From positions 1,665,062 through 1,729,061 of the forward strand of contig MU057809.1 of the NCBI GenBank assembly GCA_013265495.1: a stretch of 64,000 bases of DNA. The letters run 5' to 3'. This document shows, one piece after another, positions 25,886 through 38,313 of the stretch; position 1 is the first letter of the stretch; every line of letters begins with the position of its first letter. The notes below the pieces were generated by a model. The model had not been told where the DNA came from, did not search any database, and was given only the letters and a program-made list of their open reading frames with translations. The position numbers and the translations under genes are program-made. This DNA comes from Vicugna vicugna (taxonomy: Eukaryota).

Positions 25886-28627
25886 ATGGGGTTTTTTGCT
25901 TGTTTGTTTTAGATTCGGTTGTCAGGCCCCCATTGTTCTGATGACTGTAAGTTTAGCCAGTTTTCATTTTAGAAAATGTGAAGGGGCCCAGAGAGTCAGA
26001 GACGCGCGCCCAGGGGTGGGTGCCGCCCGCGGAGCTGCAGTCCAGCTGGGGAGGATGCAGCTTCCTGCCCGGTCACCTCAAAGGCCTCGTCCTTGAAACG
26101 GCTGGAAGTCCGGCCGAGCCAAAAACACTGGAGACACCAGGTCAGACCTGCAAGATGTCCTCGGGGTAAACGCTTCTCACCTTCACAGGGAGAAGAATTG
26201 TGGCACCCCTTCCCTCGCGGCCTCTGCTGATGGCCAGAGAAGAGTGGTGATATTTACTATTTTGTCCTTACAAAACGCAGACAGAGATGCTGGCCGTATA
26301 TTTGAAAAGCAGGGGCTTAATATTTTCAGATGGGGTGTCGGGCCAGGAAAAGGGGATGGTTTCATCTTATTTATATGTTTAATGGCGACGGTGGAACCTT
26401 CTCCCAAGGAACTTACTGTCACGCCTGCAAAATGCCCAGGCAGGAAGCAAGCCATCGTTAGCTTGGGGGAGAATGACTTTGGATGTATTAACCAGGCAGA
26501 AAAAAAAAAAGTCAGGCACGCTGGGAGCTGACCGTAAGCCATCATCATTGGTTCCTCCCTGGCTAAGTTTACTCCGAAGTGACAGCTTTGCCTGGAGGCT
26601 ACAAAGCAGGCGTTCATAGAGATTCAGGAATGGTCTTTCTTTCATATTTTGCTGAGTGGAGGAGTGTCATTTTCCATTTGGCGTTTTCGATGCTCTTTAG
26701 TGTGCTCTTTCTCATTAGCCGTGGCTGCCTCTCTCTCCAAGATGAGGCGTCTTAGATGCAGAGAAGACCTGCTCTCCAAACCCAGGGGAGGCGGCCGTCG
26801 GGCCGTCGGGGTGACACCCAGCAGGGCCACAGAAGATGCCGGTTCTACCTGGTGACCTGGGTGCGCCCCAGGAGGTGGCTGTTCCTTATTTGGAAACCGG
26901 GCTTGACCTTAACCCTATTGAGTCGGCATTAAAGTCCCCGGCGCCCCCAGAAGAACCAAGTCCAGGTCTTGACCCCCATGTCACCCCCGGGGTAACAGAG
27001 AACCTCTCTTTCCACCTGGAGGGAGAGTGGCTCCGACTCAGGCCTCTCCCCGGGGTGCTGTCAACCTCCTGCCCTGGCAGACCCACCCTGGAAGAGGTGT
27101 GTGCTTTTAGCTGCAGCATTTTGCCCGCAGCTCAGGAATCTGCATCCCACTTACTGGCATTGATGGATGAACGTACCGGTCGGGGGGAAGCGCTCTGGTC
27201 ATGCACTGCTGATGCGTGAGGGAAGGATTAGCTGCGTAACACTGACTTTCCCGGGCAGGGCGGGGAACAGGCCGCGGGAGGCGAGGGGCGTTACCTCGTG
27301 CCGGGCGCCTGCAGCTTGGCCTGTGTTTAGGGCTTGGATGCCAGGGAGACACTCAGGGGCCAGGGGCATGTCTCCGGGTCCGCAGCTCCACCAGGCAGGA
27401 ACAGCCGTGAGAGGGGTCAGTCTGGGGCTGGCTTCACGGCTGCCAGGGCCACTTCCTACCAAGGGCTGGTGGAGGTTTTATCTTGGTCCAGCAACAGTGA
27501 AGACCGAAATCAAAAGTGAAGATGGTAGGTGCAGTTGAACTGCCAGAAGTTCTGGCTCAGTTAGTGAGCCTCTGGCCTGATCGCCAAGGACCAGGCATCT
27601 CACGTCTTGGGCCTTCCCGTCCTCTGGGCTCGGCAGGAGCACAAGTGATCCGGAGCCCCAGTCGGAGGCTGGGGAACCACGATGGTGGCTGAGGGCAGAC
27701 GTTTCCCACGGGTGACCCTGTCTCTGCCTCCCAGGACCCCCTCCCCGCATTTCCACCAGCTCCCTGCGCTCGGCCCTTTCCACGTGGGGCTTGCGAGGGG
27801 ACCACGGGCAGGGGTGGAACTCAAGCTCTGGCAAATTGCTCAGCCTCAGCTTCCCCCTCCGTACAATGGGAACCTCGCCGGGTTGCCGCCAACACAGACA
27901 CAAGATAATGCGTTTGGGAGCTCAACGTGGGCACCGCGGAGGGATCACAAGAGCTGCCGCTGTCAGAGGAAGATTTGGGGGCCCCAGGAAGCAGGAACGG
28001 TGTGATTGGACAAAATGGGAAGGATGCGGAGGAAAGGGAGCCAGAGCAGAGAGCAACTTGGCCACGTGCCCGGGTCACGCCCAGCGCCCGTCTCTCTGTG
28101 CGAATGGGCTCCGTGTGGTCATTCATCACACGAATATTCCAGGCCCATGGGCCTCCCTGATTCTGTCCTCTCTCCTCCTGATTGTGATGCATCAGCCCAG
28201 GACGCGCACGGCTAGGCATGCAAAGCTGCCGGGAGAGGATTCTGGGATGCTGGCAGCCCGCCACGTGCGCCCTCCCTGCCTCCATCAGGGGACCGGCCAG
28301 GGGTGGCGGGTCAGGCCCAGCCTGGGAAAGCTGATTCTTTTTCAGTCCACAGGGGGCCGTTTGCAAAATCCCTACAACCTGCGCATTGTGTCCTCGCTTG
28401 GAAAAATGGCTCCCATGTGTCTTCCAGGGCCCACTGCTGTTCATTAACCTGTTGGAGAGCCGATCTTTCACAACTTTAGGGGCCAAAACACAGGCAGTTC
28501 CTACTTTTCTTTTTGTTTTTGCCTTTTGACAGTGGATCTGAATGCCTCTCTGGTTTCCTGTGGAATCCTCCAAGTGGGGACTTAGCGTTTGATGACGGGA
28601 CCTATAAAGTCATTAATTCATTCATGA

Positions 28628-28780
28628 CTGTTATAATATTAATATTATTCTATCTTAATAAAATATTATATTAATAGAGTATTATAATAAAATATATACT
28701 AAAATATAAATACTATGTTAATAAAATGTTATATATTATTCTACATAAATAAAATATATGATGAATATTATTAATAAATC
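28628..28780. repeat. AT-rich low-complexity tract at an L2 tail
   Basis: Almost entirely A/T (ttataatattaatattattc...), between cattaattcattcat and the L2 3' end. Confidence 0.8.
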
Positions 28781-29290
28781 GACTCATTTAGTTGGTAAGT
28801 GTTTATTGATCACCTACTGTGTGCCAGGCTTATGCTAGGCTCTGGGAAAACAAAGGTGAAAAAAAACCACACACACCAGACTTGGCCCCTATCCTCAACA
28901 CATTTACAATCTAGTCAGAAGCTAGACAGTAACCAAATCATCAAGTAAGCGACTGTGAAATTGCAGTTCTGTTCTCAGGAAGTCGCACGGTGCTCTGACA
29001 GCCTGTAGTAAAAGGATTTGACTTGGTCATGGAGCTGGTGGGGTTTTTTTGAGGAAGTGACCCTTGAAGGAGGAGATGCAGTCAAGTAGGAAGAGGGGAA
29101 GAGTGAGTGGGTGGAGGGGACGGACTGGCACATGGCAGCGTGAGGTCAGGGATGGGGACACAGTGCAAGATGAGGTCGGGGGTGGGGGAATGAGCAGTCT
29201 AGTCTTTATCCCAAGAGCAGGCGGACCCACGAGGGACGTATGGGAGAAATGTGATCAACTTTGCCTGTTAGAAGTTCACTCTAGCTCCCT
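28780..29290 (-). mobile_element. L2 LINE 3' region
   Basis: gtttattgatcacctactgtgtgccaggc...tttacaatctagt...gaggaagtgacccttgaag. Confidence 0.75.
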
Positions 29291-29589
29291 GTGGTGTGCT
29301 GTGCTGTGCTGTGCAATACACCATCAGATGGCTCTATAGGAATAAAGCCTGTCCTCCAGAGGCCCAGGGGGCTGCTGGCAGGAAGCCCTCAGCATCGGAC
29401 CCTTCCGGATGGTGTCGGCTGGAGAGAGTTCTGGCCGAAGTCACACCTCTTTGAGGGAGAGCCAGCATCTGCACCTGATCAGTCCCTGAACAGCCCGAGG
29501 GCTCATCCCATCTCCAGAATTCCTGGTGGGGTTGTCTGAGGCCTTCGTTGAGGCCAGATCGAAGTTCGACAATGTCCCCTGCCTACTCC

Positions 29590-30096
29590 TGTAAGAGGGA
29601 AGCACAAGTCTGACTCCATGTGAGCTCTGCTCCTCTGGCTGTGATCCCGGCTCTGTTTCCCAGGCTGAGTCCTGCTGGGTCTGCACCTTTTGTAAAAGAA
29701 TGTTTTCTAGAGCCTGAAATAGACAGGAGAGCCCGTTCTCAAGGCTCCGACCTTTAAGGGTACAGCACTTTGCCATTCAGATAAAGATGAAACGTTGCAG
29801 AATAGAAAATAACATTTGTCCTGTTGGGGGTTTACAGGGACATCACGCCCTCACTCAGGAGAACGGCTGCAAGAACAAAGGCTTCCAGACACCCGGAAGT
29901 TTGCAACAACCAACCACACCCCCTCCCCTTTTAGTATAAAAGGAGCCTGAATTCTGACTTGGGGAAGATGGTTCTCCAGGACATGAGTCCCCCTATCTTC
30001 TAGCTGGCTTAGGTCATTATTCCTTGACCCAAAACCTCATCTCCCGATTTGCTGGTCTATCTTGCTGTGAGCAGGAAAAGTTTGGACTGGGTAACA
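29590..30096 (+). mobile_element. MER41-like ERV1 solo LTR (copy 2)
   Basis: TG...CA termini, TATA (gtataaaagg ~29935), 4-bp flanks ctcc/gtcc; collinear with 16735-17237. Confidence 0.85.
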
Positions 30097-30337
30097 GTCC
30101 TGCCTCTCTCCCTCCCCTTCCACAGCGGGTGTTCCCAAGACCACCCCGGAGAGACCTCCTGCGCCCTCGTCTCCCTGAGTCTGCTTCCTGGGACACCCAG
30201 CCCGAAGCTCTATAGTTAGAAGGATCAGAGAGGGTGCAGGTAAGAGGAGGGGGCCCAGTGAGGAGGTGAGCTCCCCAAGTCAGGCAGGGGAGCTAGTGGT
30301 CGGCACTGGGGTGGGGAGGGAAGGGAGGTGGGAACTG

Positions 30338-30755
30338 GTTATGGTTGGCTCATGTCCCCTGTAAAAGATGGCAAAGTCCTGACCCCAGCGGCTGTGAACG
30401 TGCCCTTATTTAGAAACAGAGTCTTTGCAGAGGATCAAGTTAAGATGAGGTCACTAGGGTGGACCCTAATCCACCAGGACTGGTGTCCTTACGCAGCAGG
30501 GAGCCCTGCACAGAGGCTCACACGCAGAGAAGGCCATGTGAAGATGAAGGCAGAGGCGGGGCACAAGCCAAGGAACTCTGAGCATGGCCAGCAAACGCCA
30601 GGAGCTCGGGGAGACGCCTGGAACAGACCCTCCCTCACAGCCTCAGAACCTTGATCTTGGACTCCTGGCCCCCAGAACTGGAAGATAATCAATTTCTGTC
30701 GCTTAAGCCTCCTGCTGTCGTGTGGTCATGTGTCACAGCACCCCCAGCAAACTGG
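30338..30755 (+). mobile_element. MLT1B/C-like MaLR LTR
   Basis: gttatggttggctcatgtcccc...gtctttgcagaggatcaagttaagatgagg...gccatgtgaagatgaaggcagag. Confidence 0.85.
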
Positions 30756-32554
30756 AGTTAGTCGGTGAAAGGTTGGGTAAACCCTAAGCCTCTCACCATT
30801 ACTCAGCTGAAAAGATGAACTCACGTGTTCACAGAGGAGCCTAAGCTTCAAATGTTGGTAAGTATGAAAAAACAGTGATGCATTTAAAAAATCTGTTACT
30901 GTGAAAGGAAGAAAGGCAGGTCCCCACCTCCCCCCGGCTGAAGAAGCGAGGCCCCGGGAGGCGGCTGCAGGCCTCATTTCCTGTGCTGCCTGCGGGTTTC
31001 GTGCAAAGTTTCTGTGCACGCAGCTCAGGAGTCCACCCGCCCGGGGAGGCCAGCCGGGGGGCAGGCGCTGCAGCCTCGGCCCTGCTTCTGCCACTCCCGT
31101 TTGCTCCCTGGCTCTGCCTCTGACCTGCTTCCAGAAGGCAGAGCCCCAGAGCAGGGGTGCAGGGGCGGCGGGACCCTGCCTGGTGCTGTCCTCTTCCCGC
31201 CACGCCTGACGTCCGGCGCAAAAGGGGAAGGTGACTGCAAACGAAACATGAAAGGAGAAAAGCTTTTTCAAGCTGGGTGCTGAAGCAGGTTTTTCAGACC
31301 CACCAGCTCCACGACAGATGCTTGTGTGCTGTGTTAGTAACCGTTATTAAAGGTACAAGAGGTCCTCGTTGGAAGAATTCAGAATGCCACCAGAACCTTC
31401 TGCAGATAAATTCAAAAAAACCCCAAACAACGAAAGAAAAAACACCCTAATCCACAACCCACTCTTATTTTTGGAACAGAATAATGGTAAAAAAAAAAAA
31501 AAAGAATTAAAATAATCACAAAGGTATGATTTAATCCTCACAAGGTTATAAATATTAATATGAAAATGCCTTTACATTGGGAAATGTTATTACACAGTAT
31601 AATGTTAATTTGATGAAAATCAATTCATTTAGCGCTCATCCATTTTTCACTTCTCTCTTTGGCTTGTGCTGATGATTTAAGAATTACAGTTTGGAAGAAT
31701 GTTTCTGACTTTGACAACTGCCGTCTGGCATCAGGGCGGAGCACAGGATTTTGACAATGCAATTATTTCTCCAGTAATGCTCTGTGATTCCCCACAGGTG
31801 AGACTCTGGTGTAGCGGAGGCAGGTGAGCGGCTGAGCTGCAAGCTGGATGTTTTTAATTAGAACTGTGATTTGATTGACATATGTCCTTCAGATAGGCAA
31901 AGGCGTGAAACATGAGACCGAAGGGGAAAACACCTGAATGTTGAAGGGCCGGGAGGTTAGCAGGATGGTGACCTATTGGTGCCCACTCTGAGCAGGCACA
32001 GTGTGGGGTCTGCTGTATTTCTATCTCCTTGAAGCCCACCAGCAGCCCTGGAGGGGAATATGTGATCACCCCCATTTTACAGAGGAAGAGCCTGAGGGTC
32101 TAGAGAGTCAGGAACTCCCCTGCAGGTGTACCCCTAGGAAATGGCTGGCATGGGCTGGAGGCATGGGGCCACTTAGCTCCATGGCCCATGTGGGCCATGA
32201 CATCGGCTACTACCTTGGACTAAAGCTAGAACTTTCAGGGTGTGCCAGGTCCCCTCGCCACGTCAGAATCGGTCCCAGTGACACCGCTCAGTGAAGGCTC
32301 ATGAAATGCTGACCAAAGTGAATTTATGCATAGTGTCAGTGGCCAGAGATGATTTTTAGATGGAGGCCACAGGACCAATGTTTTGAAAGTGTCATTCACT
32401 ATCCAAGAGCTGAACACCCGATTCCGAGTTCCACGAGGTGGGTCACTAGGTGAAGTCCTTTTTTAAAAAATGGAGCATCATGACAGAGCTGAAAGGAAGG
32501 AGGAAAAACAGCTGGCGTGAAGTTGCGTTTGGAACCCGTTCCAGCTCCCGGAGG

Positions 32555-33400
32555 AAGACGCGGAAGCCCGGCGGCGGGAGAGCGCCGGCGCGGCCGCTGG
32601 GGCCCCGCCCGCCTGTCTGATGTGCGCGCGGGGCGCCCACCGTGCGGCGCGTTAGGGAAGCAGCGCGGGCTGGGTGGGTCGTGCCGGCGTCGGGAGCGGC
32701 ACGCGGCTCCTCGGGGAAGGTCTGAAGAGCAGTCAAGCTGAGTTAGTGTCCAAGCGACCCTGTGACAGTCTTGATTACGGTCCCCAATGAGGGAGGCCTC
32801 GGCTTCGTTTTTGTTCACTGTAAGTTAAGAGACCGCCGGGCGGGTGGCTGAGAGAGACGCCGAGGAGGCGGCGGCCGCGCCGCGTCTGCGGCGTCTGGGG
32901 ACCGCACAGCAGGCCCTGGCACGCGCCCCCCCGGGGGCACGGAGGCTGTGTGTCTCAGTCGGTGCCCAGCGCGGGAGACGTGGTCAGGACGAGACAGAGC
33001 GCTCCTCCCGTCCCTGCAGCCCGCGGCCTGCACGCGCCGGAGGCCTGCGCTGGGACCAAGGGAAATGGGCGCGCGCCCTGCACGGGGGACCGCGCCCGGG
33101 GCTGCGGCGCGGCGGAGGCGGGCCGCGGACCCTGGAGCCGAGCGGACCCTTCCGCCGCGCTCTCCCGCAGACAGGGGCCTCTGGCGGGCGGGACCTCGGA
33201 CGGCTCTACCCCGAGGGCACGGGAGGTCTGCCGAGTTGTCCCAGGTCGGAGGGAAGGGGTGAGGTGGGAGGGAAGGGCTGGGACCCGGAGGGACGCCGCG
33301 TGCGTGGGGACCGGGGAGAAGCCCAGCCGCGGGTGCAGACGGATCCCTTCCCACCCCTCGCCCCCCGGGGCCGCAAGTGGTTTACTCTGCGAGTCTGTCT
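32555..33400. promoter_or_regulatory. CpG-island-like region, partly derived from L2 and L1
   Basis: Dense CpG; 32950-33340 retains L2 3' architecture and 33343-33515 is an L1 3' UTR fragment. Confidence 0.7.
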
Positions 33401-33515
33401 GTCTTGCTGATGAGTTCATTAGCGTCCTTTTTTTTTTTCTTTTGATTCCACATATGAGTGGTATCATATAGTATTTTTCTTTCTCTTTCTGGCTTACTTC
33501 ACTTAGAATGACGGT
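33343..33515 (-). mobile_element. Camelid-type L1 3' UTR/ORF2-end fragment
   Basis: gattccacatatgagtggtatcatatagtatttttctttctctttctggcttacttcacttagaatgac is nearly identical to 8009-8077. Confidence 0.9.
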
Positions 33516-34594
33516 CTCTTTTATAAATTAACAAAACGCGAGGGGCTGCAAATAAAAACTCACGCACCCCATCACCACGGGCAGCGCGTACTTTCCCGCA
33601 TGGTTGCCGTTCGTCCAAGGAAGTGAAAGCTTCGGTGACTTTTGTCAGTTTAAGTTAGACCCTTAACTCCTTAAACATATTTCCTGTACGTAACAGAATC
33701 ATGGCAGAAACATGAAGCTATCTGTCACATACACACCAGCGTCCACGGAGCAGAGGTGTAATCATGGGGGTGCCTGGATACCAGAACACTTGTGCAAATG
33801 AAAATTGATTTTCTCGAGAATTCTTCGCCTGGTGAAATAAATTAAATCTACATTTACTCCTATTTGTTTAAAAAGCTCTTTGTTAAAATAAGTACAGCAG
33901 TATATAGACATGATCCAATAAATTAGAGGAGGATAAATTATACCTAATAAGATTCTGCACAGAGACCACACACAGAAGGAACCCAGGGGAGGTGCGCTGG
34001 TGAAAGCCACTTAAATGTTTGGACTAATTCTCTTTGTAATGATAAAACTGACAAACATATGTTTGGGCCTCTTCAAGCTTGTTTAATTTTATTTTTTTCC
34101 AAATCAGTTTTATTATTATTTTAATTGGGGAAAAATAAGCTACGGAGTTTTCACTTAGCCTGGAGAAATGCAAGTTGAACTAGGTCTTAAAATTGAATGC
34201 AGACTGAATGGCAAGGAACAAACATCTTTAATGAGAGGAAACTGCATTACCAGCCCTGCATGAAAATGTGTTCCACCCTGAGCACACCAGCCTGCCTCTC
34301 AGATTTTCACTTTCCCCCCCAGCAAAAGGGAGATTTAAAAAGCTGTGAGTGTTGAGTGAGTGTCTAGTCAGGACCTGGCAGCTGCCACTGAGGGCAACCT
34401 GGCTGGTGCTGGTGTGGGTGGGGAGGGTTTTGCTTCTTGGCTATGTTTATGAATGCGCTGGCATCCCACGACAGGGGTGCTGGTTGGTCTGCAGAAAAAC
34501 GAAGTGGGCGTCTGCTAGCTGCTCTCAGCCCGCTGGGGGAATGTCAAAACGACAGACGAAAATTTGCTAATTCCACGTTCAATTTTTTTTCTCA

Positions 34595-34835
34595 CTGTAG
34601 GTGTTTATTGCTATGAACTTGCCTCTTAGAACTGCTTTTGCTGCACCCCATTTGTCTGGGTAAGCTGTGTTTCCATTTTCCTTTGTCTCAAGGTTTTTTT
34701 TTCTTTTAGTCTCGTCTTTTTGACCCATTGGTTATTGGGGGGGATGCTGTTTCATCTTCACACAGTGGTGAATTTTCCAGTTTTCTTCTTGTAATTGATT
34801 TCTAGTTTCATACCCTCATGGAGGGTAATGATGCT
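34595..34835 (-). mobile_element. L1 ORF2 fragment
   Basis: ttattgctatgaacttgcctcttagaactgcttttgctgc...ttgatttctagtttcatacc. Confidence 0.75.
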
Positions 34836-34899
34836 TACGTTTAGGGTGGTTTTTACACAACAATAGAAACTGGAACAATTGGTTATCAAAACGCATTGC

Positions 34900-35270
34900 C
34901 CATCCCCCCTCCCTTAGTGAGAGAATCCTGGTTTTGTTTGGACTGGCCCTGTTCCTAGCTAAATACCAGCTTTCCCAGCCTGCCTTGGAGCTGGGATGAC
35001 CATGTGATACAGCTGAGGGTCCTGAGAAAGCTTTTGCTTTCCTGCTTGTGAAACTTTCTCATTCCCTCCCTTTTCTGCCTAGAGTAAGAACATGATGGCT
35101 GGAGCTGCAGCAGCCATCTTGTGATCCCTAGGGAAAGGCCAAGAGATTTGCCATGATGTGGGTTTTGACATTGTTGTGTGGCTGCACCATTCCACACCTG
35201 CAGCCACCTACATGGACCCAATACCTCCCTTTTGGCTTGAGTCTCTATTTGCTGTGGATGCATTCCTGAC
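34900..35270 (+). mobile_element. MLT1J-like LTR
   Basis: ttcccagcctgccttggagctgggatgaccatgtga...tgatggctggagctgcagcagccatcttgtga. Confidence 0.65.
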
Positions 35271-37391
35271 TGGTCCTGTGCTCCATGTCTGTGTTAAGCC
35301 ACTGCCACCCTCAGAGCTTATCTCCTTAGCAGACACAAGCTCTGTGCCCCATCACATCACCGAGTCAGGAATGTTGGAGGCGCTCAAATATTTGTTAAAT
35401 GATGTTGAATAAATGAAAGACACTGATGGATTTCCAAGAGGTCAGAAGCAAAGTAACGAAACATCTCCAGGCTGACAATGTCGTGGGCAGGTAGGGCTGT
35501 GGCAGGGTCTTGGAGTCCGCTTTCCAGCACCACCCCTGTCCCGTTCCCAAGGTCACGGGAAGCTGCACTTCTCTTTGCGGTTGTGGGTGGGGCGAGCTGG
35601 AGGGAGCGCCCTCCCTACAGACCTGCGTCGGAAGCTGCCCCTGCTGTTTCTTTCCTCTGATATTAACAAATGTTAATTTGCCGCAATGATCATTGGCCTT
35701 TCGAGTGCCCTTTACACTGCTATAATTTTGTGGCTTCACTGAGAAAAACCAACCTTGTAATTTTACTTGGCCTGACAGAAAAATCCCTGGAGGATGTGTT
35801 CTAAGGCAGGGGAAAGTCCAGATAACTTTTTCGATTGTGGCGTTTATTCCGCTTCTCATACCGATTTAGGTTGTGCAGGTGAAAACATGTGCTTCTTTTA
35901 ACGTGAAGTGGACGTGCCACCGGCTTTTACAGCTGTCGCCACACTGCACTGCTCTGATGCTGTCTGGTCACCGTGGTCAGCCACATGGTTGGCCACACAC
36001 TGGCTTTTAGGCTAGGCGCCCCGTGGTGTACTTTTGATTTCAAAACATCCAGTAAAAATCTGTGTCATTAATTTTCCTTTGACTCACAGAGCAATCCTGT
36101 GGAAAATATGGCGAAGCCAACGGGGACAGGTGTCCCTCAGGTACAGGCTTCTGCAGCCACGGGCGCTGCTGCACGTCCCCAGTCTGTGTCCCCTGGGCCT
36201 CTTTCCGGAGGACACATGTTACTGCACAGCGTCGCCCATCGTGTGAGATGGGGCAGACCTCAGGGGGTCTTTGGTGCTCTCCTGCCTGGGCTGGGACGCT
36301 GGCCCTGCCTCTCACTAGCTTTGTGACTGCGGGCAATTTTCTGAGCCGTTCCAGTGCCTCACCCTCCCCATCTGAAATATGGGCACATAGGCGGTAGCAA
36401 GGACAAACTCTGCAGGTACGGGAAAGGGGTGGTTACTGTTGTCATCCCTCCGAGCTGAGGGGCGTGTCTGGAGCAAGCCCTGCGAGGTCAGAGGTGGTCA
36501 GCGACACGAAATGTCACAAGTATCTTCCGTCCTCATTGTCTCCCCTTGGAAGGAAGAGAGAGAGCAGCCTGTGAAACCCTTTGCAAGTGTAGATGAAATA
36601 TGGGACGTGGGTGAGGCGTTATTGTAATCACATGATTGCAATCTCCACAGAGCAGGGAGGTGGAGGCTGGCGGGGCGCCCACTGCCTGGATTCACACCTA
36701 AGGAGTGTGTGTGCGCGCGTGCGCGCGTGTTCTGTTGAAAGGCAAAATAACTGCCCGTCCTGGCCTCGCATAAAAGATAACAAGAAGATAGAGCCCGGAA
36801 CACAAGAGGGGCAGTGCAGATAGAGTGGGGTCATAAATGCGTCCAAGGCCCTTCCCCAAGCTCTGCGGTTAAATTCCGCCTCAGACTGCTTCGCATAGCG
36901 AGCCCTCGGAGGCGCGGCGGCCCTGAGAGCAGCAGCCCTGGTACACGACAGGCAGATATTTCTGTTTGGTTGTCTGGGGGAGGGGGTGACTTTTTGAATT
37001 CTTATTCTTACAGCCAACAACTTCGATGGGCTAGAAACAGATTCGAACTAATGCTTTGCTTCTGCAAGGCTTCCAGTGCGTTTTCACGCGCTTGCGTGTG
37101 TTGGGAGGCAGCTCTGCCTGATCAAGGCCTGGGGAAGGGGGTGGGGGGAGCGCACCAGGACCCCAGCCGCGGGAAGCCTCTTGTCTCTGAAGAGGGAGCC
37201 GTGGTCAGGTCGCGATCCCCATCTGGAGAGGACCTCCGGCACTGGGAATGGACAGTGGGCAGTAGCGAACAGAGGACTGCAATTTTACTATAAAAAACCC
37301 AGACTTGAAGTGGTTGGTGTAATCTGGGGAAACCTACAAGAGTTGAAAAACCACACCATTTCTTTTTTTTTTTTTTTGATTAAAAAAAATA

Positions 37392-37703
37392 TTTTGGGGG
37401 GGCAATTAGGTTTACTTACTTTTTTTTTCTTTTCCTTTTTTTTTAAGTTGAAGTAGAATTGACGTACAATACTATATGTTACAGGTACGTGATATGGTGA
37501 TTCAAAAATTTTAAAGGTTATACTCCATTTATAGTTATTACAAAATTTTGGCTACATTCCCCGTGTTGTCCAGTACATCCTTGTAGCTTGCACTTCTTTA
37601 AGTTTACTTATTTATTGATTTTTAGAGGAGGTACTGGGAATCGAACCCAGGACCTCACACATGCTAAGCACGTGCTCTAGCACTGAGCTGTACCCTCCCC
37701 ACC
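37392..37703 (-). mobile_element. Vic-1-like tRNA-derived SINE with an L1 3' fragment inserted in its tail
   Basis: gaggtactgggaatcgaacccaggacctc...cactgagctgtaccctccc (B and A boxes on minus strand); tail ggggggcaattaggttt separated from the body by an L1 3' end at ~37421-37597. Confidence 0.85.
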
Positions 37704-38009
37704 TCGTGCCATTTCTAAGTCAGCTTCTTTGGCTCTCAAGAGGCCAAGAGGAGACCTTCTCCCCCAGTTCTCAGCCCAGGCGCGGGGCCCTGGGAAGTGG
37801 GTGAGGGCACATGGTCTTCCTCTGGAGGGGCGGAAGGAGGTGCTTTGGCCACACTCCGGGAACACACTCCAGGGCTGCATCCTTGAGTCTCCCCATCAGC
37901 CATATAATTCAAACAATTATTGAAAAAAATTTGTTTGGATGGAACTTGACTTCTGTCTTGCTTCAAACACAAACCTTCATTCTAGATGGATCACAGACCC
38001 AAACGCAAA

Positions 38010-38313
38010 CCCCAGCAACGTAGATGCTTCTAGGACGGGAGCCAGATGTGAAATTGTTTAGGTTTGAGGACCTTCCAGTCTCTGACATACTCAGCTCTGC
38101 CTCCGTGGTATAAGAGCAGCGACACACAGCAGGTAAAAGTGGATGAGCCTTCCAGTAAAACTTTATGGATATTAAAATTTGAATCTCACATGGCTTTCCC
38201 ATGTAACAATTCTGCTTTTGATTTTTTTCTCAGCTATTTAAAAAATGTAAAATCATTCTGAACTCTTAAAACATAAAGCACTGAATTTAGCTCAAAGCGT
38301 TTGCCAACCTCTG
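38010..38313 (+). mobile_element. MER58B-like hAT-Charlie element
   Basis: tactcagctctgcc...ttccagtaaaactttatggatattaaaatttgaatctcacat...tttgccaacctctg. Confidence 0.75.

Noticed and set aside
21127..28573. Longest ORFs in the track (252 aa at 21127, 250 aa at 27821, 218 aa at 27791)
   Set aside because: No recognisable domains, low-complexity composition, overlapping antisense ORFs; expected by chance at this GC content
16735..30096. A single 13-kb provirus bounded by the two similar LTRs
   Set aside because: Each LTR has its own near-matching 4-bp flanks, the outer flanks (ccag vs gtcc) do not match, there is no PBS or gag/pol/env, and the interval holds older MLT/L2 elements
32399..33471. 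Overlapping 100-190 aa Arg/Gly/Pro/Ala-rich ORFs as a first coding exon
   Set aside because: Open on both strands because GC-rich DNA lacks stops; the sequence traces to L2/L1 and no protein family is recognisable
37625..37703. tRNA gene (A and B boxes on minus strand), also at ~52070-52147
   Set aside because: tRNA-derived SINE heads with SINE tails
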